A DNA stretch of 20,909 nt from Thermoproteota archaeon (GTDB taxonomy: Archaea > Korarchaeota > JAOZGF01 > JAOZFZ01). Location of the stretch: NCBI GenBank assembly GCA_027492035.1, contig JAOZFT010000034.1, positions 1 to 20,909 of the forward strand. The letters run 5' to 3'. Of the stretch, positions 7,695 through 16,588 are shown in pieces (positions within the stretch are counted from its first letter, which is position 1; each line of letters begins with the position of its first letter). Position numbers and translations under genes: made by a program. Below the pieces are notes generated by a model, which saw only the letters and a program-made list of their open reading frames with translations, was not told where the DNA came from and made no database searches.

Positions 7695-8520
7695 TTCAAT
7701 CTCCTCCAACAGAAATTTTCAATTGTTTCCATCTTATCCTCACAATACTTTAACAACACTTTGCCATTACCCTTTTCGATTTCCACTACATTTCTTTCAA
7801 AAGCTGAATAAGTCAAGAAATCTCTTGCATTAGGTTCTCCTATCTCTTTTCCCAATACATCATTGTATATTTACCAGTTTCTGATATCTTTTCCTTCTAC
7901 ATCTTTCTCTAAGTATAAACATCAGTGCTAATTCTCATTTTAAGTCTTTCATCAAATATGAATAAATTATCTCTCAAATTCTTAATTTCGTCGAGAGTTA
8001 CCTCTGATTTCACAAAGAAATGAGTTTTTGATTCTTTAACAATATTGAAATTATATAGGTGAATATATGCTTTCAACTCTTTTCTAAATTTTACCTTTTT
8101 TCACAACTTTTAACTACCTTGATTTTTTACCTAATATATTTCTCATACAAATTTAAGACTTCAGAAATTATTTTCTCCAGCTTTTCTGGATAGAACCTAA
8201 AAAGAGCAATAGGCAACCCATTATATAATGCTCCAATAAAGGGTTGAAAGTTCTTTGTTATCTATTTCCCTGACACTTTTCAGCTTGTGTTCGAAAAGTT
8301 CTCTTCTTCCTTTATCGCCCAAGTTTTATAGGTTCCAGTGGTCTTTCTTGAATAATCTTTCGAGTAGAAGGAGTGAGATTGGGCAGAGTGTCTTCAACAA
8401 TGCTAATAAAAAATTTTTCTACAACCCTTGACCAAGAACCCGCCTTATCAGTGCTTTAAATTGTACTTTCTTAAAAATAGAAAGCATTTCCACTATTTCT
8501 TTAATAAGCTATGTAGTTAA
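7691..8520 (-). pseudogene. csx1: Decayed archaeal-type (MJ1666/DxTHG-like) csx1 pseudogene, 5'-truncated
   Basis: Broken frames read IKEIVEMLSIFKKVQFKAL, FIGALYNGLPIALFRFYP, EVTLDEIKNLRDNLF and PNARDFLTYSAFERNVVEIEK...LLKY...RRLK*. The last segment is a degenerate version of the Csx1 HEPN 'RNFLAHSGFE.N.VE'. Its TGA overlaps the csx3 ATG. Multiple stops and frameshifts. Confidence 0.82.
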
Positions 8521-8523
8521 GCC

Positions 8524-8770
8524 GATGCTTTACTAAAGAGACTAGGTTATCCGTTAGAATTGAAGGATATGGATATCTCTACTTGCATTAAAAAAGATTT
8601 AACGAAGAACGTTAGAAAATAATCCATTTTCCCCTTCAAAAGGATTTTAAAAACAGGAAATAGAGACTACCGGTCAACGAGGTACTAGAATAATGCTGAG
8701 TAAGAAGCCAAGAATATGGAGTTAATAAAAGTCGTCGGTTTCGGTGTTTTGGTAACAGAAAAGGATTATC
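8524..8770 (+). pseudogene. Second AbiE remnant: AbiEi 3' end plus AbiEii 5' stub
   Basis: Reads DALLKRLGYPLELKDMDIS.../NPFSPSKG/NRK*RLPVNEVLE*, then a TAATG overlap at 8691-8695 (MLSKK) and, in a shifted frame, 'VVGFGVLVTEKDYL', the AbiEii N-terminal EKDY motif. Confidence 0.68.
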
Positions 8771-10049
8771 TTAACATGTCCTCAAGATGCTCGCTTAAAT
8801 TTTTAACATTACATATTAAATCTCTTCTAGCTGCCTCCTTACATGTTACTAAAATACCACCTATACCTAATTCAGGAACTTTTTCAAGGTCTTTCTTTAG
8901 AGAATCGAGTTTTTTATTAAATCTTTTTGCGTCCTTCTCTTCAGCTGTTATTTTACACTCCAGCAAAATCAATTTGCGTTGTGGTTTTACAACTAGTGAT
9001 AAAACATCATATTCTTCCCCTTTGATCATAGTGTTGTGGGAAATGAAGTAATCTACACCTCTTTCAGAAAAGATTTTCCTCAGCAATAAATAAACATAAA
9101 TCTCAAATAAAGTGCCTATGTTATTTTCCTTAGTGTATTCCTTATCTATGAGAAACACCTTTTTCATTTCCTTTATATCCCTTTGAGGATGGTTACTTAA
9201 GTTTTCTTCTATGATCCTCCGTGATATACGATGATATTTTACCTTTCCGAAATATGAAAAGCCACACTTATCTAGATCCTTTTCTCTTTCGCTAAATAAC
9301 ACGGTTAAATCACGGGCAGCTTTTCCGAAACTTTTAATTTTTAATGGCTGAAAATCTTTATCATTCCGTTTTAAAGACTCTTCATTCCCAATATCCATTT
9401 TTGTCAACTTCGAAAACAAAACAGACCCAATAGACGTTTCCATTAGCTTTTCTAGTAAATTCAATACTTTACTTTTCTTCAATAAATATTGAAATATAGA
9501 ATATCTCTCAGGGAATAAAAACCCTTTCTCAGAGTCTTCATAGAAGTGAGGATGCACGAATGAAATGAGTGAGATTGAAGAAGTATAATCACAAAGCTCA
9601 ATTAGTGCACTGTAAATATCACTATTGTTAGAAAAAAGAGGTCTGTCTCTATCTAAGAAAGCAGTTATGAAAAAAGATAAATATGGAATACATAATAAGT
9701 TCTTTAAGTAGCTAGACATGCTGTATCCATCAAGCTTTAAAATTTCTATGTCTTTCCCTGACACAGTAATTTTAATGGTAGAAGGTATTTTCAACTGGGT
9801 TTTTGGAATCGAAGAAGTAATCACATAACGAAGAGCCTCTGATGCATAACTTAAGATGGAATCCTCAAGAGCCTCTATGCCATCTGTTAAAAAAGACATT
9901 TCCTCGGAGATTGATTGTTCAATATACCCTTCTAATAATTTCTCTGAGAAGGAATCACCGAGTTTCAGTTCGTTATCTTTTAATGATCTCACAATGTTTT
10001 TAAGCAGCTTTATAATAATTTCGGCCTCACTTTGAGATATGTAAAGCAA
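8766..10049 (-). CDS. Type III-associated protein with C-terminal PD-(D/E)xK nuclease domain and unrecognised N-terminal region
   Basis: 'GTLFEIYVY', 'EEYDVL' and 'LLECK' form the restriction-endonuclease-like E...D...ExK motif. Starts 12 nt after the last cas7. Confidence 0.72.
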   Translation of the reverse strand: MLYISQSEAEIIIKLLKNIVRSLKDNELKLGDSFSEKLLEGYIEQSISEEMSFLTDGIEALEDSILSYASEALRYVITSSIPKTQLKIPSTIKITVSGKDIEILKLDGYSMSSYLKNLLCIPYLSFFITAFLDRDRPLFSNNSDIYSALIELCDYTSSISLISFVHPHFYEDSEKGFLFPERYSIFQYLLKKSKVLNLLEKLMETSIGSVLFSKLTKMDIGNEESLKRNDKDFQPLKIKSFGKAARDLTVLFSEREKDLDKCGFSYFGKVKYHRISRRIIEENLSNHPQRDIKEMKKVFLIDKEYTKENNIGTLFEIYVYLLLRKIFSERGVDYFISHNTMIKGEEYDVLSLVVKPQRKLILLECKITAEEKDAKRFNKKLDSLKKDLEKVPELGIGGILVTCKEAARRDLICNVKNLSEHLEDMLR

Positions 10050-10061
10050 TTTAGAAGGCCT

Positions 10062-10940
10062 CTACTTCATTTTTTCTATGTAACTTCGTACATCCAAAGT
10101 ATCATAATGGCCTTCTTTAAGTAGTAAAGCATATATGTTTTCTTTTACAGCGGCATCGCTCTCTGGATCAGGATTAAGCTTTAAAATTAATGCTCTCGAA
10201 TTTTCCTCATCTAATGTCAGTAATCCGAAGCCTTTGCTTTTAAGCCCCCCGACATATAAACCATTCGTTAAGATGTATTCTAACACCTTTGCAAACAATC
10301 TTGCTTCGCTTGAGCCATTATCTAAGTTGTCAATCACCACTCTGGTTTCAAAGTATAAACCTTCCTGTGGAGGAATCATTTCAGCTGAAAACAATCTTTC
10401 CCCTTCAACAACACCTATTTTCCTTGACATAGAAGTTGATGTATAAGTTGTTACTTTTGGCTTCACTATCGGTATTAAATCATAGAACAAAAGCTTGCCA
10501 GCTAACTTCCTCGATCCGAAAAGTAGACAAATTGGACAATTCATTGAAAAATAAATCTCCATTTTATCGCTTTCGCTTAGCTCATTCAGTTGATCTTCGG
10601 CGTAAAGTTTGCTAGCTAACTCAGAGGCAGCACTTAAGTATTTCTCATCTATTTTTGACGGCAAATGTTCATCTTTCCTGTGAAATCTGACTACTTCATC
10701 TACTTCGCTGCTTTTAAATTGCATGGATTTAGCTAAATAGGTTGCCAGCGACCTTAAAGCCCCTTTAAATGAGTTAGAGGGTATTATTGGAACTAAATCA
10801 TCTCCAACTCGAAGCCTTACAATTTGTTTAAGCGCCCCTTCCTGTCCATTCCCTACGTGAAGGGGGGTTTCAGGTTTTAGGAATAACTTAAAGATTGCTC
10901 TACTCACCAATTTTTCAAGGTGATTGACCTTACTGAACAA
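10062..10940 (-). CDS. cas7: Cas7-group RAMP (Csm3/Csm5-like)
   Basis: 'ETPLHVG.G', 'IPSNSFKGALRS', 'CPICLLFGS' and G-rich loop 'VGGLKSKGFG'. Confidence 0.88.
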   Translation of the reverse strand: MFSKVNHLEKLVSRAIFKLFLKPETPLHVGNGQEGALKQIVRLRVGDDLVPIIPSNSFKGALRSLATYLAKSMQFKSSEVDEVVRFHRKDEHLPSKIDEKYLSAASELASKLYAEDQLNELSESDKMEIYFSMNCPICLLFGSRKLAGKLLFYDLIPIVKPKVTTYTSTSMSRKIGVVEGERLFSAEMIPPQEGLYFETRVVIDNLDNGSSEARLFAKVLEYILTNGLYVGGLKSKGFGLLTLDEENSRALILKLNPDPESDAAVKENIYALLLKEGHYDTLDVRSYIEKMK

Positions 10941-12018
10941 AGGGAAACACCTCTAAAATGTTTAAGCCTACGTTTGAGAAGGAACCGAAACCCAACAGTT
11001 CCCTTTCAGCAATTTTCGTCGGGTTTAAGTCATTTTCTGTTTTGAAGAAATATAATGAACCTATTTCAGCTGCTTCAATAGATACTTTCGGCAGATTTGA
11101 CAGTAAACTAAACCCTGAAACTCTCGTCGTTTCTGTTAACACGTAATTTAGGTCCTTATATATAAGTAAAGGTTCAGCTTTTATTCCCATTCTACCAAGA
11201 TCTATGGTTGGGGTTGAAGTTAATTTCTCATTTAAAAAACTTAAGGAGAAAACCGGAGAAATCGCAATCAAAATAATTTTTCCATCAAAAAGTTCAAGGG
11301 TCTTTTTAATCCTATCGCTTTCTCTCTTTATGTAGCCTTTTTTTTCGCTGATCTTCACCTCTACATGGCCATATCCTCTTGAAATCGCTCCTCCGATGAA
11401 CAGATCAATTATTTCCTCATCTAAAAATCCAAGTTCTTCCATTCGATTTGAAAGATCTATTATTAACCCCTTAAATATTGACCCTGGAGATACCGCCACG
11501 TATCCATAAAGCATTTTGATCTCAGCTCCCTTCACTACTCTGTTGATACCTATGGCCTCTGTTTTAGAGTAAGTTGTTTCATGTTTAATGTAACTATTTC
11601 CCTCCATAAACACAAGTGCCCCTCCGATACTTTTCGTGGAGAAGATATGTTTCCCTTTTCGGCATATATATGGAGGGTTATAGGTTTCAAAGTTGAATGA
11701 AGCTATCCTTTTAGGCTCCTCAAAACTCTTAGGTACAAATATCTCCCCGCAAACTTTGCATTCATACATAAAGGGATGGGCTGGCTTTGCGGTTTCGTCG
11801 TTCACTACTGGATATGCTGGGTGGAAAAATAGTTTTGGATCCTTAAGTTCCCTTTTCACCAAGTCTTTTTTCCCTTCCCTCCAAGGTTTAGCTAGAAATG
11901 CTCCTCTAAGGGTTAAACCAGGGATTTCCTGTCTACTATGCACTAGGAGGTTCCCGGTTTTAGGGCCCGAGTGAACTAAAGGTGTCTTAACTTCAATCAT
12001 GGTTTCATATATCTTCAA
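10930..12018 (-). CDS. cas5: Cas5-group RAMP (Csx10/Csm4-like) with Zn-ribbon insertion
   Basis: 'IPGLTLRGA', 'FHPAYP', 'IGINR', central G-loop 'IGGAISRGYG', C-terminal 'GFG...GLN' and a CKVC...C....H insert. Confidence 0.8.
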   Translation of the reverse strand: MKIYETMIEVKTPLVHSGPKTGNLLVHSRQEIPGLTLRGAFLAKPWREGKKDLVKRELKDPKLFFHPAYPVVNDETAKPAHPFMYECKVCGEIFVPKSFEEPKRIASFNFETYNPPYICRKGKHIFSTKSIGGALVFMEGNSYIKHETTYSKTEAIGINRVVKGAEIKMLYGYVAVSPGSIFKGLIIDLSNRMEELGFLDEEIIDLFIGGAISRGYGHVEVKISEKKGYIKRESDRIKKTLELFDGKIILIAISPVFSLSFLNEKLTSTPTIDLGRMGIKAEPLLIYKDLNYVLTETTRVSGFSLLSNLPKVSIEAAEIGSLYFFKTENDLNPTKIAERELLGFGSFSNVGLNILEVFPFVQ

Positions 12019-12646
12019 GGCTTAGCTCCTCCCATATCGCCTTTACGAGAGGGTCTCTTAAAACTTCCCTTGGAACCTTACTCTTCTCTTTCACAATTTT
12101 AACCCCTACAGCTCCATTTCTACCAATCCTTTCGTAATTTAACTCTGCAATTGAAGCCATTAATGCTCTGAACTCCTCAATATTCAAATTAAAACCCTTT
12201 AAATCTACATAAAACCTCTTTTTAATTGATAGGTACTCAGCGGTGAAAAGCCCCATCTCTTCGGCTATTTTAGTAGCATCATCTATTTTAACATGGGTAA
12301 GCGTATTTGTTTCTTCATCTAACAATGCTGAGCCAACAAAAATTTTACTTTCAGGTCCATGAGGCTTCCCGAAGAGATTTGTAACAATATCTAACTTACT
12401 GCCTATTTTATTGGGGTAAACAGTTTCTGTTACCCTTCTGTAACCCAATAAATTAGAAATCCTTATTAAACTAGTTCTAAGAACCCCTTTAATAGTAGAC
12501 CCTGGAACAAGAAGCTTAGATCCCCCTTTTCCTCTCACCCTTAAGAAGGGGGCGTCAGATTTTATTTTAACAGATAAACCACCAGCCCCGACTATAAATT
12601 TTTTCTTAGTTTCTAATCTTAACCTAAGTTCTACATTAAAGTTCAC
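12005..12646 (-). CDS. cas7: Cas7-group RAMP (Csm3-like)
   Basis: 'FIVGAG', 'VPGSTIKGVLR', 'LFG', 'THVKIDD.T..AEE..LFT.E' and a short G-loop 'IGRNG'. Confidence 0.87.
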   Translation of the reverse strand: MNFNVELRLRLETKKKFIVGAGGLSVKIKSDAPFLRVRGKGGSKLLVPGSTIKGVLRTSLIRISNLLGYRRVTETVYPNKIGSKLDIVTNLFGKPHGPESKIFVGSALLDEETNTLTHVKIDDATKIAEEMGLFTAEYLSIKKRFYVDLKGFNLNIEEFRALMASIAELNYERIGRNGAVGVKIVKEKSKVPREVLRDPLVKAIWEELSLEDI

Positions 12647-15288
12647 TATCGCCCACCTTCAAGAACCTCAATCAATTGATAAAGGTCATATAAGTTGAAA
12701 CGTGGTTTATCAGATGGTATATAAAGTTCATCTAGTATTTCCTTAATTTCCCTTGCATCAACCTCTGTTCTTGACTCTCTGAGAGCGAAAATAACTCTGA
12801 TTTTTAAATCCGAGTCCCCTAATATATTCACTTGAAGCACTTTATTTAACAGGTTACGTAGTTTCCTTAATTTATTTAGCGAATTAGTTGAAATAACCCA
12901 AGAAGCAAACTCTTCCATTGATAAGTTTCCAAGGGACAAACCATTTGAGTAAATTGTCCTGATTAACCTTAGAATAGACCTTGGGTCTTTAGTATTTGAA
13001 ATCGTGTAGGGAAATTTCTCCTGGGAACTGATGCCCTCCTTTGAAAGTTGTTCGAGAACTGATCTAAGCGCTTCCCTTGTCATTGTTCCACCGTCAGCCG
13101 AGAGGAAAGATAAGCAACCTCTAAATTTACTACTGGGTTTCTCCAATGCAACGCTGTGATTTTCCCTGTAGTCCAGTGATCGAGCCCCCTTCTTAGCTGT
13201 TCTAAGTAGGTAATCAGCTGATTCATAGAGTTGAATTATTGGATGCTTAGGCTTAGCTACTGCGATTCCAAAGGAAAGAGTGGCTTTACATCCCATATGA
13301 AGATAAAATTCGTTTGCTAGGTGTAATGCAAAAGGGATAGCTAATGGTGAGGGCATCATTACTGCTCCATCGTCTCCTCCAAGGTACATTAAACCCAAGG
13401 ATAATCTGCAGAAATCATCTTCATTTTTACCTTTTATCATCTCTAGGAAATCTATGAAGGCCTGTTTCACTCCGTAATCAATACGAACACTTCTCTCAAA
13501 AGCATCTGTTATGGATATGCTTGAAGCCATTATTTCACTCATCAGGTTACCATCAAACTTAATGAGTGCTAGGCTTCTATACTTTCCTACTTTACCATTG
13601 CACAGTTCATCTAATGGATGACCTGCAATGTACTCCAAAATATGATCTCTAAGCTTTTCCCATTCAACCTTGATTATACTCTTCAGCTTTTTAGTCGTTA
13701 CTCTAGCTTTAAAGTGAATGCCGTCACCAACTTCCAGCTTCCTCTTACAAGTCGTGCAGATGTATTTTTCTCTCCTATAGTCCACAGCATATTTTTGTTC
13801 ACATAGTAAGCATAATTGAAAAATATTTGGGCTTACATCTCCAAGGAGACTTGTAAGTTTCTCTTTTAATATAGATTCATCGATTTCCCTGCTAATTAAC
13901 GAAAAATCTCTATACAAAGGGGAGAAACCAGTAGTGATGGATATGTTAAAGCATCTTTGGAAATGCTCTTTTAACCTTTGTATTTCTGAAACTTTGTTTG
14001 AAGGCATTATTAGTGTTAAGTTACCTCCTCCAAAATATAAAATTGTTTCTGCAGGTAATGTAAATTGATTCATCAAGTATAAGGGTATTGCCACATAACC
14101 TATGAAGTCAATTATTCTACTAGCTCCATTCATCGCCCTTATGTCATTACTTTTAATATATGCTTGAATCTTCCTCAAATCTAACCTTACAACTGAAATT
14201 TCATCCGTTATCAATGCTTTCCTTTTTTTCTCTTCATTTACAGAAATAAGTGACTCTTTAATCACAGGGTTCTCAGGGGAAATCTTTGATGCGTTCATAC
14301 AGAAATTCAAGGTTAATTTCTTTATTAATTCATCACCTACAAATTTCTCCCAGAATTTCCAGCTTGTGAAGGCTTTATAGAGTTTCTCATCCTCTCTAAC
14401 CATTGTTTCCCCGCAAAACTCATTTACACGGTTCAACAATTCATTTTTAAGGCTTTCATCTAGAAGTTTAGGGAGCAACCATATAACTCTGTCAATACCG
14501 CTTGCAAGTCGATCTGATTTTTCAAGTATATTACGGAAATATGTTAATTCTGATATTTCTTTTTCTTCGATGATGGATGAAGATTTATTAATGATCTCCT
14601 CTGCTTCGCTTCCGGATTCCACATATTTCTTAAACAATTCATGTACTTTTCTAGCTGATATTGATTTGTGTCTACGCCAGTCTAGGAATTTACCTAGGTC
14701 ATGAAAGATCGACGTCACTCTAACGATGGCTAAATTGTATGTATCCTCGCAACCGTATTCCCCAATATATAGACTAGAAGCCATCGCTGAAGTTGTAAGC
14801 ATGTGAATTAAAAGTGAAGATGTGTTGGAGGCAGGTCTAGTATCAGCAGGAAAGCTTAAAATCCTTAAAATCAGGGAATGACGAGGCTGAAACAACTTTT
14901 CATCCGAAATCATAATTCTATTTAAGATGTCCTTGTATCGTATAAGTGACTCCCAAGAATAATAAGGCATGTCTTCCCTTCTCAGCTTTCCTTTGTATTT
15001 AAAGTAAAAATACAGCGCGTCCATGGGAGAAAGAATGATATCAGGCAGTGGATCCAAATAGAGTTGAGATTTAAGGTAAAGGATAAATGAATCTAAAAAA
15101 TTATTAACGTCCAGCGAGGTCTTCAGTTTTTTCCCTCCGTTATCTGTGTAGTTCCTAACAACTTCCTCTATTAGTTCACAGAAAGCATTAAGCAGCGATT
15201 TTCCATCATCAGAGGATAATTCCTCTATGTAAACCGGGTTATTATTCTTCCCTCTCTTAGGAATAATGTATCCCCTTACGATATTCAT
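12646..15288 (-). CDS. cas10: Cas10 large subunit with HD nuclease and active-type cyclase palm
   Basis: 'PADTRP..N.SSL..H', 'FHDLGK' and 'SDRLASG' (HD domain), palm1 'YFGGGN', Zn finger CLLC...CTTC, and palm2 'KFDGN' with 'YLGGDD'. Confidence 0.96.
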   Translation of the reverse strand: MNIVRGYIIPKRGKNNNPVYIEELSSDDGKSLLNAFCELIEEVVRNYTDNGGKKLKTSLDVNNFLDSFILYLKSQLYLDPLPDIILSPMDALYFYFKYKGKLRREDMPYYSWESLIRYKDILNRIMISDEKLFQPRHSLILRILSFPADTRPASNTSSLLIHMLTTSAMASSLYIGEYGCEDTYNLAIVRVTSIFHDLGKFLDWRRHKSISARKVHELFKKYVESGSEAEEIINKSSSIIEEKEISELTYFRNILEKSDRLASGIDRVIWLLPKLLDESLKNELLNRVNEFCGETMVREDEKLYKAFTSWKFWEKFVGDELIKKLTLNFCMNASKISPENPVIKESLISVNEEKKRKALITDEISVVRLDLRKIQAYIKSNDIRAMNGASRIIDFIGYVAIPLYLMNQFTLPAETILYFGGGNLTLIMPSNKVSEIQRLKEHFQRCFNISITTGFSPLYRDFSLISREIDESILKEKLTSLLGDVSPNIFQLCLLCEQKYAVDYRREKYICTTCKRKLEVGDGIHFKARVTTKKLKSIIKVEWEKLRDHILEYIAGHPLDELCNGKVGKYRSLALIKFDGNLMSEIMASSISITDAFERSVRIDYGVKQAFIDFLEMIKGKNEDDFCRLSLGLMYLGGDDGAVMMPSPLAIPFALHLANEFYLHMGCKATLSFGIAVAKPKHPIIQLYESADYLLRTAKKGARSLDYRENHSVALEKPSSKFRGCLSFLSADGGTMTREALRSVLEQLSKEGISSQEKFPYTISNTKDPRSILRLIRTIYSNGLSLGNLSMEEFASWVISTNSLNKLRKLRNLLNKVLQVNILGDSDLKIRVIFALRESRTEVDAREIKEILDELYIPSDKPRFNLYDLYQLIEVLEGGR

Positions 15289-15605
15289 ATTCTTTCCATC
15301 AACTCCTTAAATTTAACTCTTCTTTCACTCAGCTCGACATGAGTGAAATATTCAGAGAATCTTTGGGCTGTTTCCGAGCTAATCTCGTTAAAAAGATAAT
15401 TTCCGTTGATTTTTAGCCATTCAAATCCCTTTAATAAGCCTTTAATCAACGTAAACGCAAACCCTAAAACCCCGAGGTCATTGACCCTACCTATCTCCGC
15501 TTTGGCAATTCTCCACGTTGTCAAGTCATTGGATACTATCAGGATTAATCCCGGTTTCAACTGAGTTAATTTCTCTTTTAACTCCTGAACAGTTAACTTG
15601 TTCAT
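15285..15605 (-). CDS. Small uncharacterised Cas-operon protein (possible Csx19-like subunit)
   Basis: 106-aa ORF overlapping both neighbours by 4 nt (ATGA-type coupling), directly before cas10. No motif recognised. Confidence 0.6.
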   Translation of the reverse strand: MNKLTVQELKEKLTQLKPGLILIVSNDLTTWRIAKAEIGRVNDLGVLGFAFTLIKGLLKGFEWLKINGNYLFNEISSETAQRFSEYFTHVELSERRVKFKELMERI

Positions 15606-16588
15606 ATTTCAACAATCCCCTTTTCAAAATCTATATGTTCACCATACTTACTTTTCATTAATATCCCCTTGACTTTTTCAATAAGCTCGGCAGTACCCCT
15701 CATCTCTTTCATCTCACCGTTCTCAAAGCTATATCCTTTGAAGTTTTTTAAGGTAAATTTCAGCAATCCAAACATGTACTTTTTTCTAAAACGTCTCGTT
15801 GTCACTTTAGGATTATAGACATATTTAAAGGAGCCGATTAGTATGGGGCTCCCCGAGTAAAGTTCAAATCCAAGAAAGAGAATAGATAAATCCAGTAAAC
15901 TCATGTTCAAACAATTAACGGATAATTTAAATTTGGATCCAGGCTTAACAGCTTCTATACCCTCTAACTCTATTAATTTCTCGGTGTTACCTGAAACCAT
16001 GTAGGCGTCTGAAAAATAAACCCTAGACGCTAAGTTTGGGGAGCCGAATAAATCGCAAACTATACAAACATTTGGGGATCTGCAAACACCACTTCTCATA
16101 TATCTAGTTTCCTCTCCCCAGAACTTCAAGTGATTTACTGCCCTTGCTTTGTCGAAAAACAAGGATTCAACTGAGTAACAAGAGTAAGAATATAGTTTTC
16201 CACTTATTTCAAATGGTTTAAATTTATACTCAACCCTAGATCTAACGGCTCCTTTAATAGAAGACCCAGGTATGAAATATTTGCCTTTTCTAGAAGGAAA
16301 AGACTTGGAAGGAGCTATCTTTTTCACTAGGAATTCCTTTCCAAGCCTTTTAAGTTCATCAATATTTAAATGTTCTTTTCTTTTAAGGATCCTAGATTTA
16401 TATGCCTTTATCCTTGATAAAAGCTTATGCGGCTCCTTTAATTCTTCTGGGACAGCTCCACTGAAAAGGTAACTGTTTGAGGGAGTGTAAGCTTCAAAGT
16501 TTAATATGACATTGAAGTGATCGGGTAAGACATGATCTCTACCTGTATATTTATCCTTTTTAACCTCTACTCTTAACTCTTTTGACAT
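15602..16588 (-). CDS. cas7: Cas7-group RAMP with insertion
   Basis: 'YFIPGSSIKGAVRSR', 'C....C..C.LFG' and 'SRVYFSDA'. The G-loop is degenerate (IGSFKY...FG). Confidence 0.87.
   Translation of the reverse strand: MSKELRVEVKKDKYTGRDHVLPDHFNVILNFEAYTPSNSYLFSGAVPEELKEPHKLLSRIKAYKSRILKRKEHLNIDELKRLGKEFLVKKIAPSKSFPSRKGKYFIPGSSIKGAVRSRVEYKFKPFEISGKLYSYSCYSVESLFFDKARAVNHLKFWGEETRYMRSGVCRSPNVCIVCDLFGSPNLASRVYFSDAYMVSGNTEKLIELEGIEAVKPGSKFKLSVNCLNMSLLDLSILFLGFELYSGSPILIGSFKYVYNPKVTTRRFRKKYMFGLLKFTLKNFKGYSFENGEMKEMRGTAELIEKVKGILMKSKYGEHIDFEKGIVEI

Noticed and set aside
8716-9051. 111-aa plus-strand ORF as a real gene
   Set aside because: Only the first ~19 codons (..EKDYL) look like an AbiEii relic. 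The rest is antisense shadow of the 427-aa gene.
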